A stretch of 64,000 nucleotides of DNA from an uncultured candidate division Zixibacteria bacterium (GCA_963801605.1 CAWDFP010000006.1:1568001-1632000), one strand, 5' to 3'; positions 31,616 to 44,669 are shown, numbered from the stretch's first letter. The notes: generated from the sequence alone by a model not told the origin. Translations and numbers: made by a program.

Positions 31616-33115
31616 GATTTCAAAAAATCGCTCTGGCGGCAATTGCGCCGCTATTCCTTTTATCATATCACGCTAATGCCCAATGGATCGGTCAGATTCA
31701 AACCGAATCCGATTGGGATTTTCTTCTGGAACAAGGATATTTCGATTTTGGCAGCTATCAACTCTATCGCGATTTGGCGGAAGGGGCATCCGTTAAAGAT
31801 ACGATAGAATATATCCAGTCGGCGCTGGGCAACAATCCGGCGGATTTGATCTCGCCACTGGGAAATGCTGATGCTATTCAATCCCTGCAAGAAACATCAT
31901 CTCGACGAGGCTATCTGCGCTCCGGGCAGAGAGTCAGGGAAGGCCAAAACTCCGGCTATTTGCTGCTCTCGAATGCATATCAGAACATTGGAGTCGTATT
32001 TAAGGGGCGAAATGACAATTCTATCTGGCAAACCGAACGGCGAAGTATCAGCCTAACCGGTGATTCTTATGCCGTAACAGTCGGAAATTATAACGCCAAT
32101 ATCGGCCTCGGATTGGGAATAGGACGATATGATTACCGTCCGATTAATATGCTCCAAAGACAGCATTGAATCCGATTTTTTGAATCCGGATAATAGCTAT
32201 TATAATGGCGCCAAGATCGAAATTAATAATCGCTTCGAAGTTTTATTATCATCGAAAAAATATTTATCAGTACGTAAGGATTTTGGCGGGGGAGCGTTTA
32301 CTGTTCCCATCGGAGAAAATAGGATTGGCCTGACTGCCAGCGCCACCAAACTGGTTTCGAACGGTAAATACCGAACGCTCGGCGAAGGCTCGATCTTTTA
32401 TTCAAATTCCATCCTGGGGATCTCATCCGAGCTTGGTTACGCTGAATCCGGCGCAGGAGTCGCTTGCGAATTCGACAGAAAAAGTTATGATATTAGATTC
32501 TGGTATTATGACGATTCTTTTATCAATCCCCAATCATCAGGTTTAGCATATCCGGATTATATTACTTTCAGGGATGAGAGATTTCCAATTTCATTTCGAC
32601 AACCGCAGGCCGGGGAGAGCGGGCTTTCAGTTCGGAAAATTGTTGATTTTGGCAGGTTGCGGCTGGTTGGATGGTCATCAATCTGGAAACGATCTCCTCA
32701 AGCATCAGCATCTTTAGATAATTCTCTGGGCGCCCGCCTTATCATCGGGGACGGTTTTGATATCAATGGCCGATATGGGGAACGATCCGGGCAATTAACC
32801 GGTCGTACAATAGCCGAGCTTGGTTTCAATTTTAAGAAGGGAATCGAGATTTCGACACTGATATCAAGTTGGATTGATGGCAACAGCACCGACGATTCTC
32901 GCTCGTTTGCACATCTTTATATGTCAATTCCCGTCAAGGCCGGTTTTATGGCCTGCGCCAGAATACGGTCGCATTTTAACGGCAAGCTTGAATATTTTAT
33001 CGAGGAAAGAACGATTTTATCAGATCGCCTGTCGCTTAAAGCCACCTATCGCTGGCAGGATTCATACGAAAAAGACAGTGGCCCGCTATACCTAATATTG
33101 GAGACATCCTATTGA
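31612..33115 (+). CDS. Hypothetical exported protein, probable outer-membrane beta-barrel (frameshift near 32150)
   Basis: Signal peptide in 31612..32169; beta-strand-rich continuation 32129..33115 ending 'LYLILETSY'; translationally coupled to both neighbours. Confidence 0.55.
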
Positions 33116-33951
33116 AAACGCTGTTGATACTTTTGTTATTACCGGCACAACTCTGGGCGCAAGCCGTGCTGTCGGAGATTCTTTATAATGAGCCTGGTTC
33201 GAATACGTCGCTGGAATGGATTGAAATATATAATCGAGGCGACATCGCAATAGATCTTACTAATATTATCGTTATTACCGGAGCCGATACAGCAACTTTT
33301 CTGCCTTCATCTATCGTTCCGGCCCGCGAATATGCTATTTTGGCAAAACGATTATTATCTACTGATAATACCCCGTCATTTGAGAGCCAGTGGGGAGACT
33401 CGTCAGGTTTTTGGGGTGATAGCCCGCGCGAAAACTATCCGGCGTTCGAGACAAATATGGCACTATCCAACTCATCCGGGGCGGTCTATCTGCTTTCCAG
33501 CGAGCTTGAGGCTATTGATCAATGCATTTGGAATGAAACGGCCGGGGATGGGCAATCGCTGGAACGGGACAACGTAGAGTTGCCATCAGATTCCTGGCAT
33601 CTTTCATCTGATTCGTCCGGCTCAACTTCGGGACGAGTCAATTCAATGCCGGCTAATTTGGAAAATGAACTAATTTCGATATCATCGAGAATAATCTCAC
33701 AGAGAAGACGAGAGACGATATCAATCAATTATGCGCTTCCCGCAGGAAGCACTATTGCTATCGAAATATTCAATGATTCCGGCCGCAAACAGATTACTCT
33801 GGCAGAAAAGCTGCAAGGGATGGGGCTAATTATATGGGATGGCAGAGATAACGACGAGAAAGCACTTTATCCCGGAGTATATTTGCTTCTTTCGACTATC
33901 TCAGGCCCCAAAAGCATGACTAAATGCATTCCGCTGGTGATCGCCCCATGA
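33112..33951 (+). CDS. Lamin-tail-domain protein with FlgD-like C-terminal domain
   Basis: 'VLSEILYNEPG...EWIEIYN', 'LSNSSGAVYL', 'GQSLER', C-terminal 'IFNDSGRK...WDGRD....PGVY'. Confidence 0.8.
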   Translation: MKTLLILLLLPAQLWAQAVLSEILYNEPGSNTSLEWIEIYNRGDIAIDLTNIIVITGADTATFLPSSIVPAREYAILAKRLLSTDNTPSFESQWGDSSGFWGDSPRENYPAFETNMALSNSSGAVYLLSSELEAIDQCIWNETAGDGQSLERDNVELPSDSWHLSSDSSGSTSGRVNSMPANLENELISISSRIISQRRRETISINYALPAGSTIAIEIFNDSGRKQITLAEKLQGMGLIIWDGRDNDEKALYPGVYLLLSTISGPKSMTKCIPLVIAP

Positions 33952-34725
33952 GAAAACTCTTAGTAGCGCTTTTGATTATTCCAATGCAATTTGTGCGGGC
34001 CAACGGCCCCGATGAGATGATTCTCTGGAATTACCAATCGCCCATTGTTCCGAAGGGACATTATGGTACAAGTCCCAACTTCATTTGCCGGAAGGGAGCA
34101 AATGCCATTCTGTTATATTCCAAGCCATATACGATAAACTCGCTTAACTGGAATTTCGGGGCTGTTAATTATGGCTTTGGACGATGGGGGATAGCAGCAG
34201 GTTTCCGTTCGTATGATTTGAGCGGACTCTATAACGATTCGAAAGTCACTTTGGGCGGCGCTTTCAAACCGTTGGAGGCTTTGGCCATATCATCAACCTT
34301 TGATTTTGAAAGCGAGAAGTTTGGAAATGATTCCAGATACAATGGAATTGACCTTAATATTGAAATATCATTTCAAGAAAAACAATCTGGCCGGGGCGAT
34401 GTCGCTAAATCGTATCAATCTTGAAAAACCCTACGATTACTCCAGGCAGATCGAACCAGCGGTAATGGGAGCAGTCGATCTTGGCGACGGCATGATTTTT
34501 TCTGCGGGATTCAGGGAATCTGAGGGGAAGCAGGGAAGATGGTTTTTCAAACAAGATATTGCAATCGTAAAAGGAGCCGATCTCGAATTGGGATACATGA
34601 ACAATCCAAATATCCTGAGATGGGGCCTTGATTTATCATGGAAATCGCTTAGATTGAGCTTTAGTTATTTAGCAATTAGCAGATTAAACGATACTATGGT
34701 TATTGGTTTATCTCGAGGAGAATAG
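33948..34725 (+). CDS. Hypothetical outer-membrane beta-barrel protein (frameshift near 34370)
   Basis: Signal peptide and alternating hydrophobic strands across ORFs 33924..34424 and 34300..34725. Confidence 0.5.
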
Positions 34726-34731
34726 AGAGAG

Positions 34732-35883
34732 ATGTTTCGCGAAGAGTATGAAAAAATGGAAATGCAGTTTCTGGCGCGTTATGCCATGAAATCATGCGAA
34801 ACCAGAGGCCGTCGCCAACCGGAGCCGAAACATCCCTACCGCACCGATTTTCAAAGAGACCGGGATCGGATTGTACATTCCACTGCTTTTAGACGGCTGG
34901 AATATAAGACCCAGGTTTTCGTTAATCATGAAGGTGATCATTTCAGGACGCGCCTGACTCATACGCTCGAAGTGGCAATCATCGCCCGCTCGATAGCGCG
35001 GAGCATGCGTCTCAACGAGGACTTGACAGAAGCGATTGCCCTGGCGCATGATCTTGGGCATACGCCGTTTGGTCATTCCGGCGAAGAGGTCTTAAATGAG
35101 CTTCTAAAAGACCAGGGAGGTTTCGAACACAACAGGCAATGCATCAGGGTCGTTGACCTTCTGGAAAATCATTATCCCCAATTCCCGGGGCTTAATCTCA
35201 CCTATGAGCTTCGCGAGGGAATCGTAAAACATCACTCCGATTACGATAATCCGCAGCTCGACTGGGAGCTTGGCCTCGACGGCAAGCCATCGCTGGAATG
35301 CCAGATTGTCAATATGGCTGATGAGATTGCCTACAACTGCCATGACGTCGACGATGGGCTTTCCTCCGGCGTAATAACCGAGGATCAGCTGGCAGAAATA
35401 GATATCTGGCGAGATCGCTTTAACGAAATCAGGAAGCAGTATCCCTACGCGGATGAACAGATGCGGCGGCATTCGATGATACGTTATTTGATAAATTTCC
35501 TGGTAACCGATATCACGATCAATTCGGAGCAGATTTTATCCAAAGAAAATCCGCTGAATACTGAGGATGTCAGGAAGAGCAGGAAAACTCTTATCGCGTT
35601 TTCGCCCGAAACTATTAAGCTCAACAGCCAGCTAAAGCTATTTCTATATCAAAATATGTACCGGCATTATAGGATGGTACGCATGTCGGAGAAAGCCAAG
35701 CGGATCATTAGCGAGCTATTCAACGCCTATATGGGGAATATCGATCTACTGCCTGACCACATAAAAAACAGGATCGGAGTTGAGAAGCGTCACGTAATTG
35801 TTGCCGATTATATTGCCGGTATGACTGATCGTTTTGCAGGGGCGGAGTACAAAAAATTGCTCGATCCGTTTGAACGAGTCTGA
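34732..35883 (+). CDS. dgt: Deoxyguanosinetriphosphate triphosphohydrolase
   Basis: FQRDRDRIVHS.AFRRL.YKTQV, RTRLTHTLEV, AHDLGHTPFGHSGE, ADEIAY..HD.DDG, DYIAGMTD. Confidence 0.95.
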   Translation: MFREEYEKMEMQFLARYAMKSCETRGRRQPEPKHPYRTDFQRDRDRIVHSTAFRRLEYKTQVFVNHEGDHFRTRLTHTLEVAIIARSIARSMRLNEDLTEAIALAHDLGHTPFGHSGEEVLNELLKDQGGFEHNRQCIRVVDLLENHYPQFPGLNLTYELREGIVKHHSDYDNPQLDWELGLDGKPSLECQIVNMADEIAYNCHDVDDGLSSGVITEDQLAEIDIWRDRFNEIRKQYPYADEQMRRHSMIRYLINFLVTDITINSEQILSKENPLNTEDVRKSRKTLIAFSPETIKLNSQLKLFLYQNMYRHYRMVRMSEKAKRIISELFNAYMGNIDLLPDHIKNRIGVEKRHVIVADYIAGMTDRFAGAEYKKLLDPFERV

Positions 35884-35989
35884 TTTTTTTGCGGAGACTA
35901 ATAATCGATGCCTTTTAATATGATTTAACTCTTTTATCTAAAAAGCTTTAGCTATTCAAAATATTTGAGAATATTTATCGACAAACTTG

Positions 35990-36020
35990 TTGACAAGCGG
36001 CAGGGCTAAAGATATATATT
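35990..36020 (+). promoter_or_regulatory. Sigma70 promoter for the giant S8 protease gene
   Basis: TTGACA-N17-TATATA about 210 nt upstream of the ATG. Confidence 0.6.
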
Positions 36021-36231
36021 GAAAAAGCAGTTTTTGTATGCGAGTGAGGGAAACGCATATTCTAACAAGATTTACTAACTTAAGATCTAAAAAAAATTCT
36101 TCAACGACCATTAGGCTAGTTGAACCATAATCGAATCATAGAAAAGTGTTTAAAAGGAGGTATCACAGAAAAGCAACTACGATCATAATTAGTGATTTAT
36201 CAGTTAACCTTCACGATTGGAGATCTTCTTT

Positions 36232-39200
36232 ATGTCAAAAAAGCTAAGATTTTCAGTGTTAGTCCTACTCACTCTTATCATATCCTCTGCGGCTTTTGCC
36301 GGCGAATATAGTCCGGCGTTTCCTGCATATTTGGAGCAGCATAAGCAAGGGGAGATGGTAACGGCTATTATAACGATGGCCGATGCAGTGGATTTAAGGG
36401 CTATACAGAACAACCTATATGCCATTCACGCCGATAGAAGGGTTTGGCATGAGACGGTAGTTCGGGCGCTGCAAGCAAAGGCGACCCAGAGCCAGGCGGA
36501 CATACTGGCCCAGATAGCCCAAATGGCTCAGAATGGGCAGGTAAGTTCGTATAAGAACTATTGGATAGCTAACATGATTATCGTAACGGCCACACCAGAA
36601 GCTATCGATCAGCTGGTGCGTCGGAACGATGTTCTTCAGATTAGCCCCAATTACGCTATCGAAAATATTAACCCGGTTGAAAAAGGCGAAAATAATCCCA
36701 CGATCATGGGACATGAAAACGGCGCTGATGTACTCCATGTGCCTGAAGTTTGGGCTATGGGTATCACCGGTGAGGGCCGTCTCGTAAGCCATCTCGATAC
36801 CGGTGTTGACGGTAATCATCCGGCTCTGGCAGAACGCTGGAGAGGCATTGCGGATGCCCGCTATGCCAGCAATCCGGAATGGGCCTGGAACGATCCGTTA
36901 ACCAATACCACATTCCCGCAGGATTGGGGCCAGCATGGAACCCACACGATGGGAACCATTTGCGGCCGCAGCAACGAAACCGATGATACGGTTGGAGTGG
37001 CAATCGATGCCCAATGGATTTCGGCCGGCGTCATTGACCGTCAAAGCATTCCGCGCACGGTGCAGGATGCCATGACCGCTTTCGAATGGGTCGCCGATCC
37101 TGATCAAGACCCCGGAACGGTATGGGACGTACCTGATGTATGCTCCAATTCCTGGGGCGTCAGCCAGAATATCGGCGGTTATCCTCCTTGTTCCGATATG
37201 TTTTGGTCAGTCCTCGATGCCTGCGAAGCAGCTGGTATCGTAGTAGTATTTGCGGCAGGTAACGAAGGCTCGGTCAACGAACTCTTCGCGTTCCCGCCGA
37301 CAGGGCTACAACTGAACTGACAAGTTTTTCAATTGGCGCCATTGATGGCCATAACCCGAACCTGACAATTGCCGATTTCTCGTCACGCGGACCATCCAAT
37401 TGCACGCCTGACGGTTCTGATACTTTCAAGCCGGAAGTTGTTGCTCCCGGCGTAAACGTTCGTTCATCAGTTCCCGGTGGCGGATATCAGGACGGATGGA
37501 GCGGTACGTCAATGGCCACTCCGCATATCGCGGGTATCGTGGCTTTGATGAGGCAAGCTAACCCCAATTTGACATCCGAACAGATTCGTCAAATCCTCCT
37601 CGATACGGCCGATGATCTTGGACCCGACGGCGAGGATAATACTTATGGCCGCGGCGTAGCAAACGCTTTATCGGCAGTTAATGCCGCCATCTCTCTGTTA
37701 AACGGCTGGGGCGGTCAAGAAGGTTATATTACCGATCAAGCTTCCGGTGATCCTCTTCCCGGCGCCAGAATTTCGGTCATTGGCCGCACCTGGGGCACCA
37801 ATGCCCGCGCCAACGGACATTATGTACTGATGGTTCCATCCGATACGGCCTGGGTCGTAAAGGTTGAGTTCCCTCCGTCACATCTTCCGATATACGACAC
37901 TATCACGGTTGTTGAGAATGACACTATTTCACAGAACTACGCTCTTGAAGGCAAGGTCAATGCGGTTTTACGAGCCTCCTTCGCCAATCCCGTTAATGTG
38001 GATTATCGTTCATTCTACATCAAGGGTAGTTGGAATGCCGATGGTTTCTATGATGCCGACTGGTCAGCTCCGTTAATCGAAGTTAAGGACGATGGAGTTG
38101 CCCCGGATCAAGTCTCAGGAGACGGTATTTTCACGGCCAGTGTGTTGCTGGCCAGGGACAATACTCATACCTATTCCTGGGCTATCTATAGTGAGAACTA
38201 TGGCGGCGAAAATGCCCGGTTGCAGTATGGCAGCAGTTTCCAAATACCGAATTTGATTCCTCCAGTGGTTCCCACTTTAGCGGTTAATCCATCCGGTTCC
38301 GACAACAACTGGAATATTTCGGTATTAGGCGACAACGGTTTGAATTTTAACCTGAATCGCACCGACCTTAACCATCCCACCAGATGGGCCGCAGCTTGCT
38401 CTTTGACTCAAGGATATACTTATACTTTCAGGTTCAGAGCAATGCATTCATCGGTCGCCAGCTACGGTGTAGGCGGAATCGGCGGAGCCGATATCGTCTA
38501 CTCGGCGACAACATCCGGACCATTTGATTTCATATTTGATGATCGCAACGATTCATATATCGTGCAATTAACGGGCACTGAAGGCCCGCCTACTTACTTA
38601 TCGGCCAGATCAGGGCTGGATGGCCATATTCCCATCTCCTGGTTACCTCCGGGGACAACAGCGTCCACCGAATGGTACTATGATGATGGTACCTGCGCGA
38701 ACGGCTGGATGTATTTAGCTGATGACAACGTTATCGCTAATATGTTCGCGCCTGCTTCCTGGCCTCTAACGATCGATTCGGTTATGGTGCATCTATTCAC
38801 CGAAGGCGATCCGAACTGGCCATGGCCGGATGGTAGTCCCGATCCAGTCTTAATGTCGATCTTTTTAGATGACGGCACCGGTTATCCTCAAGCGGATCCC
38901 GTCTGGACAGCAGAAGTTACCGGCGAGCTCGGCGCTCCATGGGTGAGCGTGGATGTGCCAGAGATTAACGTCGATCAAGGCTACTTCTGGGTAGGGATGC
39001 AGAATCTTGCCGGCGGCGGTCAAGAAGGCATAGGTCAAGATGCTTATACCGATTTCCCCGAAAATAAATGGGGTAGACTGAATGGTGTCTGGGCGACTCA
39101 GGATATTTATACAGGCGACCAGATGATCCGAGTAAAGGTATTCGGCGGCGGCCGCGACCTGTTACTCTCGCACGATGCCACTCCGGCGGAAGAGATTTCG

Positions 39201-42200
39201 TCAAGAGTTGGTTTCGGCGGCGATCCGTCAACGGCGGTAGGTACGGGCCAAGCCAATCCTGCTCCAAACGCTGCCAGCGCTCAGCATTCCAGGCGGATGG
39301 CTTATCATCCCAATCAGAAAGTTGGGAATCTGCCTACCATTATGGATACTGAAGTGCTCGCGGGATACAATCTCTACCGCGATTTGACCACCGGACCATT
39401 TAACCGTCCGCTTCAGACCAAGGTCAACAGCGCCTTGATAACTGCCACCAGTTATGATGATTGGGGTACCGACGCTAACGGACCAATTGTCAACGGTGTT
39501 ACATATTTCTATCAGGCTTCAGCGGTGTATGATATTGGCGGCGGGCGTTTTGTCGAGGTCGGACCCTCCAACGAGGTAACCGGCGTCGCTCAGAACCATC
39601 CTCCAGCCAATCCGACCAATTTGACCGGTTCCTCGAACGGAAACAATATCGATATCTCCTGGAACCGGAATACCGATTACGATATCCAAGCGTACCGGGT
39701 TTACAGACGTGACTATAACCAGCAAACGTTTAACCTGGTTGGCACTGTCACTCATCCCGACACGACTTTCCACGAAGTAATCACGATTGACGGTATTTAT
39801 CGCTATAAGATAGCGGCCGTCGATCGCGGAGGACTGCAGTCCGACGGCTTCTCCAATTCGCTTGACCTGCCGATCGGGGCAATCCCACCGCGTGATTTGA
39901 GAGCTTCTATCGATCAGGAATTCCAGGTCAGTTTGCGATGGAATCATCCTGGCGGCGGCGGCGGCGAATTAAATGTACTTATCATCGCTGCCGATGCTTG
40001 CCACCATGCTTCAGAGCGAGTTGCAGGGCTTCGATGACGTCACCGTAGTAGATTATTTTGACGGCAGGAATGGCGTTCCCACTCCTGATGAGCTCGAGCC
40101 TTACAATGTTGTGATAGTCTGGTCCAACTACGTTTTCTCAGACCCAGTAGGTATGGGCGATGCGTTGGCCGACTACGTTGATAATGGCGGCGGTGTCGTT
40201 CTCAACCAATTCTGCTTTGGAACCGGTTGGGGTTTGGCGGGCCGAATTATGGATCAGTATTCATCGTTTGCCCAGGGCCCGACCCAGTACGTTCAGCGGA
40301 ACCTTGGTGAGTTCGATCCGTCGAATCCGATAATGGAAGGTGTCACCGCAATGAGTGATAGATTCCAGGCTTCGGTTCCCGTAATCAACAACGGACAGGT
40401 GATCGCTTCGTATGACGACGGAACGCCCCTCGTTGCCGTTAATCCGGATCTGCCGGTAGTTAGCTTCAACTGCTATGTCGGTGATTCTCGTCAATTCACG
40501 GGCGACGCAGTTCTAATTGCTCACAACGCCTTGAAATATGTCGCTGGCGGCGCGGTTGTAATTCCGCAAACCTACAATATCTACAAGGCCACAAGTGTCG
40601 GCGGTCCATTTAATCTTTTGGCATCAGTACCTGGCGTCCAGAAAACCTATGTCGATAGACCCGTCCCGAACGGCATCGATTATTGGTACCGCATTACGGC
40701 GGTGTATCCCGGTCCTGACGAGTCAGATCCGTCCAACGTTGCCAACGGCAGAGGCATGAACCATCAGCCCCCGACTCCGTTCAACGTTACCGGCGTTGTT
40801 AATGGCCGCGATGTTACCCTGCATTGGTCATACGATAACAGTGTAGGCGATTTAGCGCACTTCAATGTCTGGTATAGACAGATGCCGGGCGGAACAGATG
40901 TTCTTGCCGGCTCGCCGACCGATTCGACTATGGTCGTTCCCATTCCCGGCGGTCAGGATGGCATTTTTGCGTTCACGATCAGCGCGGTAGATAACGGCAC
41001 GCCGCCTCTGGAGAGTTTGCATTCACGCGATCTATTCTTGCCAATCGGCACACTGCCTCCGACTTCTCTTAGAGCTACCAACGGCGCCGAATTCGCAGTG
41101 CCGCTAAACTGGATGCTACCTGGTTCCTGGCTGACCACAGACAAGGCCAATCCCGACCAACCGATTCAATATCGTCCCGATCCCGTTCAACCTCTGGATA
41201 TGTCTCAAAAGGGAACCAATGGGCCGACCAATCCTCCAGTTCTTCTCAACAGAGGCGGTCCGGATGAATTCGGTTATACCTGGGTTGATTCAGACGAACC
41301 GGATGGTCCCGCTTATCAATGGAGAGATATCATTGATATTGGCACGCAGATACCTCTTAATTCTGACGACCAGAACCTGGGGCCGTATGATATAGGCTTC
41401 GACTTCAACTTCTATGGTAACGTCTACAACACTTTCAACGCTTGCACCAACGGCTGGATTAGCTTCACCAGCGCCGATGCCTTCTACAATAACCAGACAC
41501 TCCCCGGAAACGCTTATGGCTATCCGTTTAATATGGTAGCTCCGTTCTGGGATGACCTGGTATTCAATACGGGCAATCCCACTTGTTACTACTATTCTGA
41601 CGGTAATGAGTTAGTGATCTCCTACATCGACGTACCGCATATCAGTGTAGGTGGACCATATACATTCCAGATTGTCCTGCGTTCCTCCGGAGCCATTTAC
41701 TTTGAGTACCAAACCCTGAATGATCCCACGGACAATTGCACGGTGGGTATCCAGAATGGCGATGGTACAGTTGGTCTTGAGATGGTTTACAACGCAGCCT
41801 ATCTGCATGATGCGATGGCAATCAGGATTGGCACAGGTCCCGAGGGATTTCCTCCTGTTCACTACAAACTCTATCGGTCTCTGACTGCTGGAGTGCCAAT
41901 TGATCCTCAGCATCTTATTACCAGCGCACTTCCGGGTCTGCAAACCAGCTACACAGATATGGGCGGACTACAGAATGGCGTTACTTACTACTACAAAATC
42001 ACAGCGGTTTGGCCGGATTCATCCGAATCTCTGCCCTCCAATGAAGCCGCTGGCACACCTGCCAATCATCCGCCAGAGCCGCCATCAGCGCTGCATGGAT
42101 CGGTTACCGGCCGTGATGTAACGCTCTACTGGCATTTCACCAATTTGATGGGTGATTTCCAGCATTTCAATATTTACAAGAAACTCATTCCCGGCGGCTC

Positions 42201-44649
42201 CTGGATTCTGGCAGGCTCTGTCACCGATACTACCGGTGTAGTTAATATCCAGGCAGGCCAGGATGGCGTTTGGGCCTTCGCTGTGACAGCAGTCGATAAC
42301 GGCGCTCCGCAGCTTGAATCTATACACTCCAACGAACCGTTCCTGGCAGTAGGTAACCTGCCGCCACTCTTCCTCAGAGGATTATCTGATCAAGATGGTT
42401 ATGTACCACTTAGTTGGAGTGCTCCGGGTATGAGGCCCACAACCACGCTTTCCTACGATGACGGCACCTGTGTTCTTGGTTGGTACTATTACGACGATAA
42501 CAACATTATCGCCAACATGTTTACTGCCAATTCGCCAATCGAATTAGACACCCTCTGGATACACGTCTTTACCGAGGGCGATCCTGGTTGGCCGTGGCCA
42601 GATCCAGCACCTGATCCGTTCAATATTGTGGTATTCGATGATGATGGTACCGGGTTTCCTGGCGAGCAAGTTCTCAGTCAGGAAGTCATGGGAGAGCTCG
42701 GTCAGGCGTGGATAGCACTGGCAATCGATGGCGGCCTGATTCTTAACGGTCCTAATTTCTGGGTTGGTTTCCAGAATATCAGCACCGATGGTCAGGAAGG
42801 TATCGGCCAGGATGCGACCACAGACTTCCCGGGTGTTAAATGGCAAAGAGTGAGCGACGCCTGGTCTCCGCAAGATCTATATCCCGGCGATCAGATGATC
42901 CGCGCGACTATCGTCGATAACGGCCGCGACATTCTATTGAGCGAGAAAGCTCCCACACAGGAACTGGCGCTCAAGACCCCACGGCCATCCTTCGATATTC
43001 CGGGTGGACACTCGGTAGCCAGCACTCAGGGCAACTTTAGCGTTGGCCTTTCCGATGGCGGCGATAACCCTCGTCCGTTTGATACCGAGGTTCTGGTTGG
43101 TTATAATATTTACAGATCGACATCCCCTAACGTCCAGCCGATCGTCGGCAACAGGATCAGGGGTTATCAGAACCAACCTGGTACTTCATATCGGGATTCC
43201 GCTATTACCAACGGTACCACATACTATTATGTTGTTACCGCGGTATACGATAACGGCGGTACTTTCGATGAATCGCCGGTTTCCAATGAGATCGCAGCCA
43301 CTCCGAGATTGGGCGCTCGCATGGTTGTCAACCCGCTATCCTTTAACGTTACGGGACAAATTGGCAGAACGACCACTGCACCTCTCAATATCGCGAACAC
43401 AGGCGGACTGGATCTCAATTACAATGTAGTAGCTACTACTACCTTAAGGTTGGATAACCGCCGTCATGGCAACACCCACTTCACGGATTCGGAGCATCCG
43501 ACACGCGTTAATAACGGCGATAAATCGAATACTCCTCGCAATCCTAATAATCCGCCGGTATTGATGGGTCGCGGCGGGCCGGATGAGTTTGGTTATTCCT
43601 GGATCGATTCTGATGAGCCGGGTGGTCCCGCTTACAACTGGATAGACATTACCGATCGTGGTGCTCAGCTCTATATGGGTGACGATGATAGCCAGGGGCC
43701 GTTCGATATTGGCTTTAACTTCCCATTCTATGGCCAAACGTTCAGCACGTTCCGGGTTTGCTCAAATGGTTTCATCAGCTTCACAAGCACCATGACCCCA
43801 TGGAGCAACCTGCCTATTCCGGGCGTTGATAATCCCTCGGATCTCGTGGCACCGTTCTGGACTGATCTTGCTCCCAACAACGGCGGCGAGGTTTGGTACT
43901 ATTCCGATGGCAGCCAACTTGTTGTTTCCTATATCAATGTCGCTCACTTCGATTGGGACACTGGCGTGGGACCGTACACCCTTCAGGTTATTTTGACATC
44001 CAGCGGCGCAATCTTCTTCAACTATGCAGACATCAATCCGCCGGATAATGATGAGACAATCGGAATACAGAATGGCGATGGCAGCATAGGTCTTCAGATA
44101 GCCTATAACCAAACCTACGTCCATGCCGGTCTAACCGCGCGCATTACATCTGGTTGGCTTTCCGCTGATCCAGCATCCGGTACTGTTACTCCGGGTAACA
44201 ACGTCAATACCACCATCATTTTTGACGCTACCACGCTGGAAGAAGGAACGTACACCGGATCATTAACGGTTACCGGTTTCGACGCTAACCATCAGGTTGG
44301 CGAAGTAAGTATTCCAGTCACCTTCCATGTGACTCCTCAAGGTATTCAGGAACAAGGAAACGATTTACCAACGGAGTTTGCACTTTCTCAGAACTATCCG
44401 AACCCGTTTAACCCGACGACGGAAATTGACTTTGCATTGCCATCAGCGGCACATGTATCGCTCGATATCTTTAACGTTCTGGGTCAGAAGGTCCGGACTC
44501 TGATCAACTCCGATATGCAGGCTGGTTATAAGACGGTCGTCTGGGACGGCGCTGACGATAACGGCAGCAGCGTATCATCTGGTACATTCTTCTATGTTCT
44601 TAAGACCGGAGATAAAGTCTTCACGAAGAAGATGACGATGCTTAAGTAA
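36232..44649 (+). CDS. Giant (~2,800 aa) secreted S8 subtilisin-like protease with FN3 and duplicated accessory modules and a T9SS-like C-terminal domain (frameshifts near 37275 and 39995)
   Basis: Signal peptide, pro-domain, triad HLDTG / HGTHTMG / GTSMATPH, oxyanion AAGN; the gap 37320-37512 is open in a shifted frame (RTLRVPADRA...FSSRGP...KPEVVAPG); carboxypeptidase-regulatory-like and 'DDG..PD...GDGIF' domains; final NYPNPFN domain. Confidence 0.8.
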
Positions 44650-44669
44650 GCTCCAAAGCTTACCTGTTT

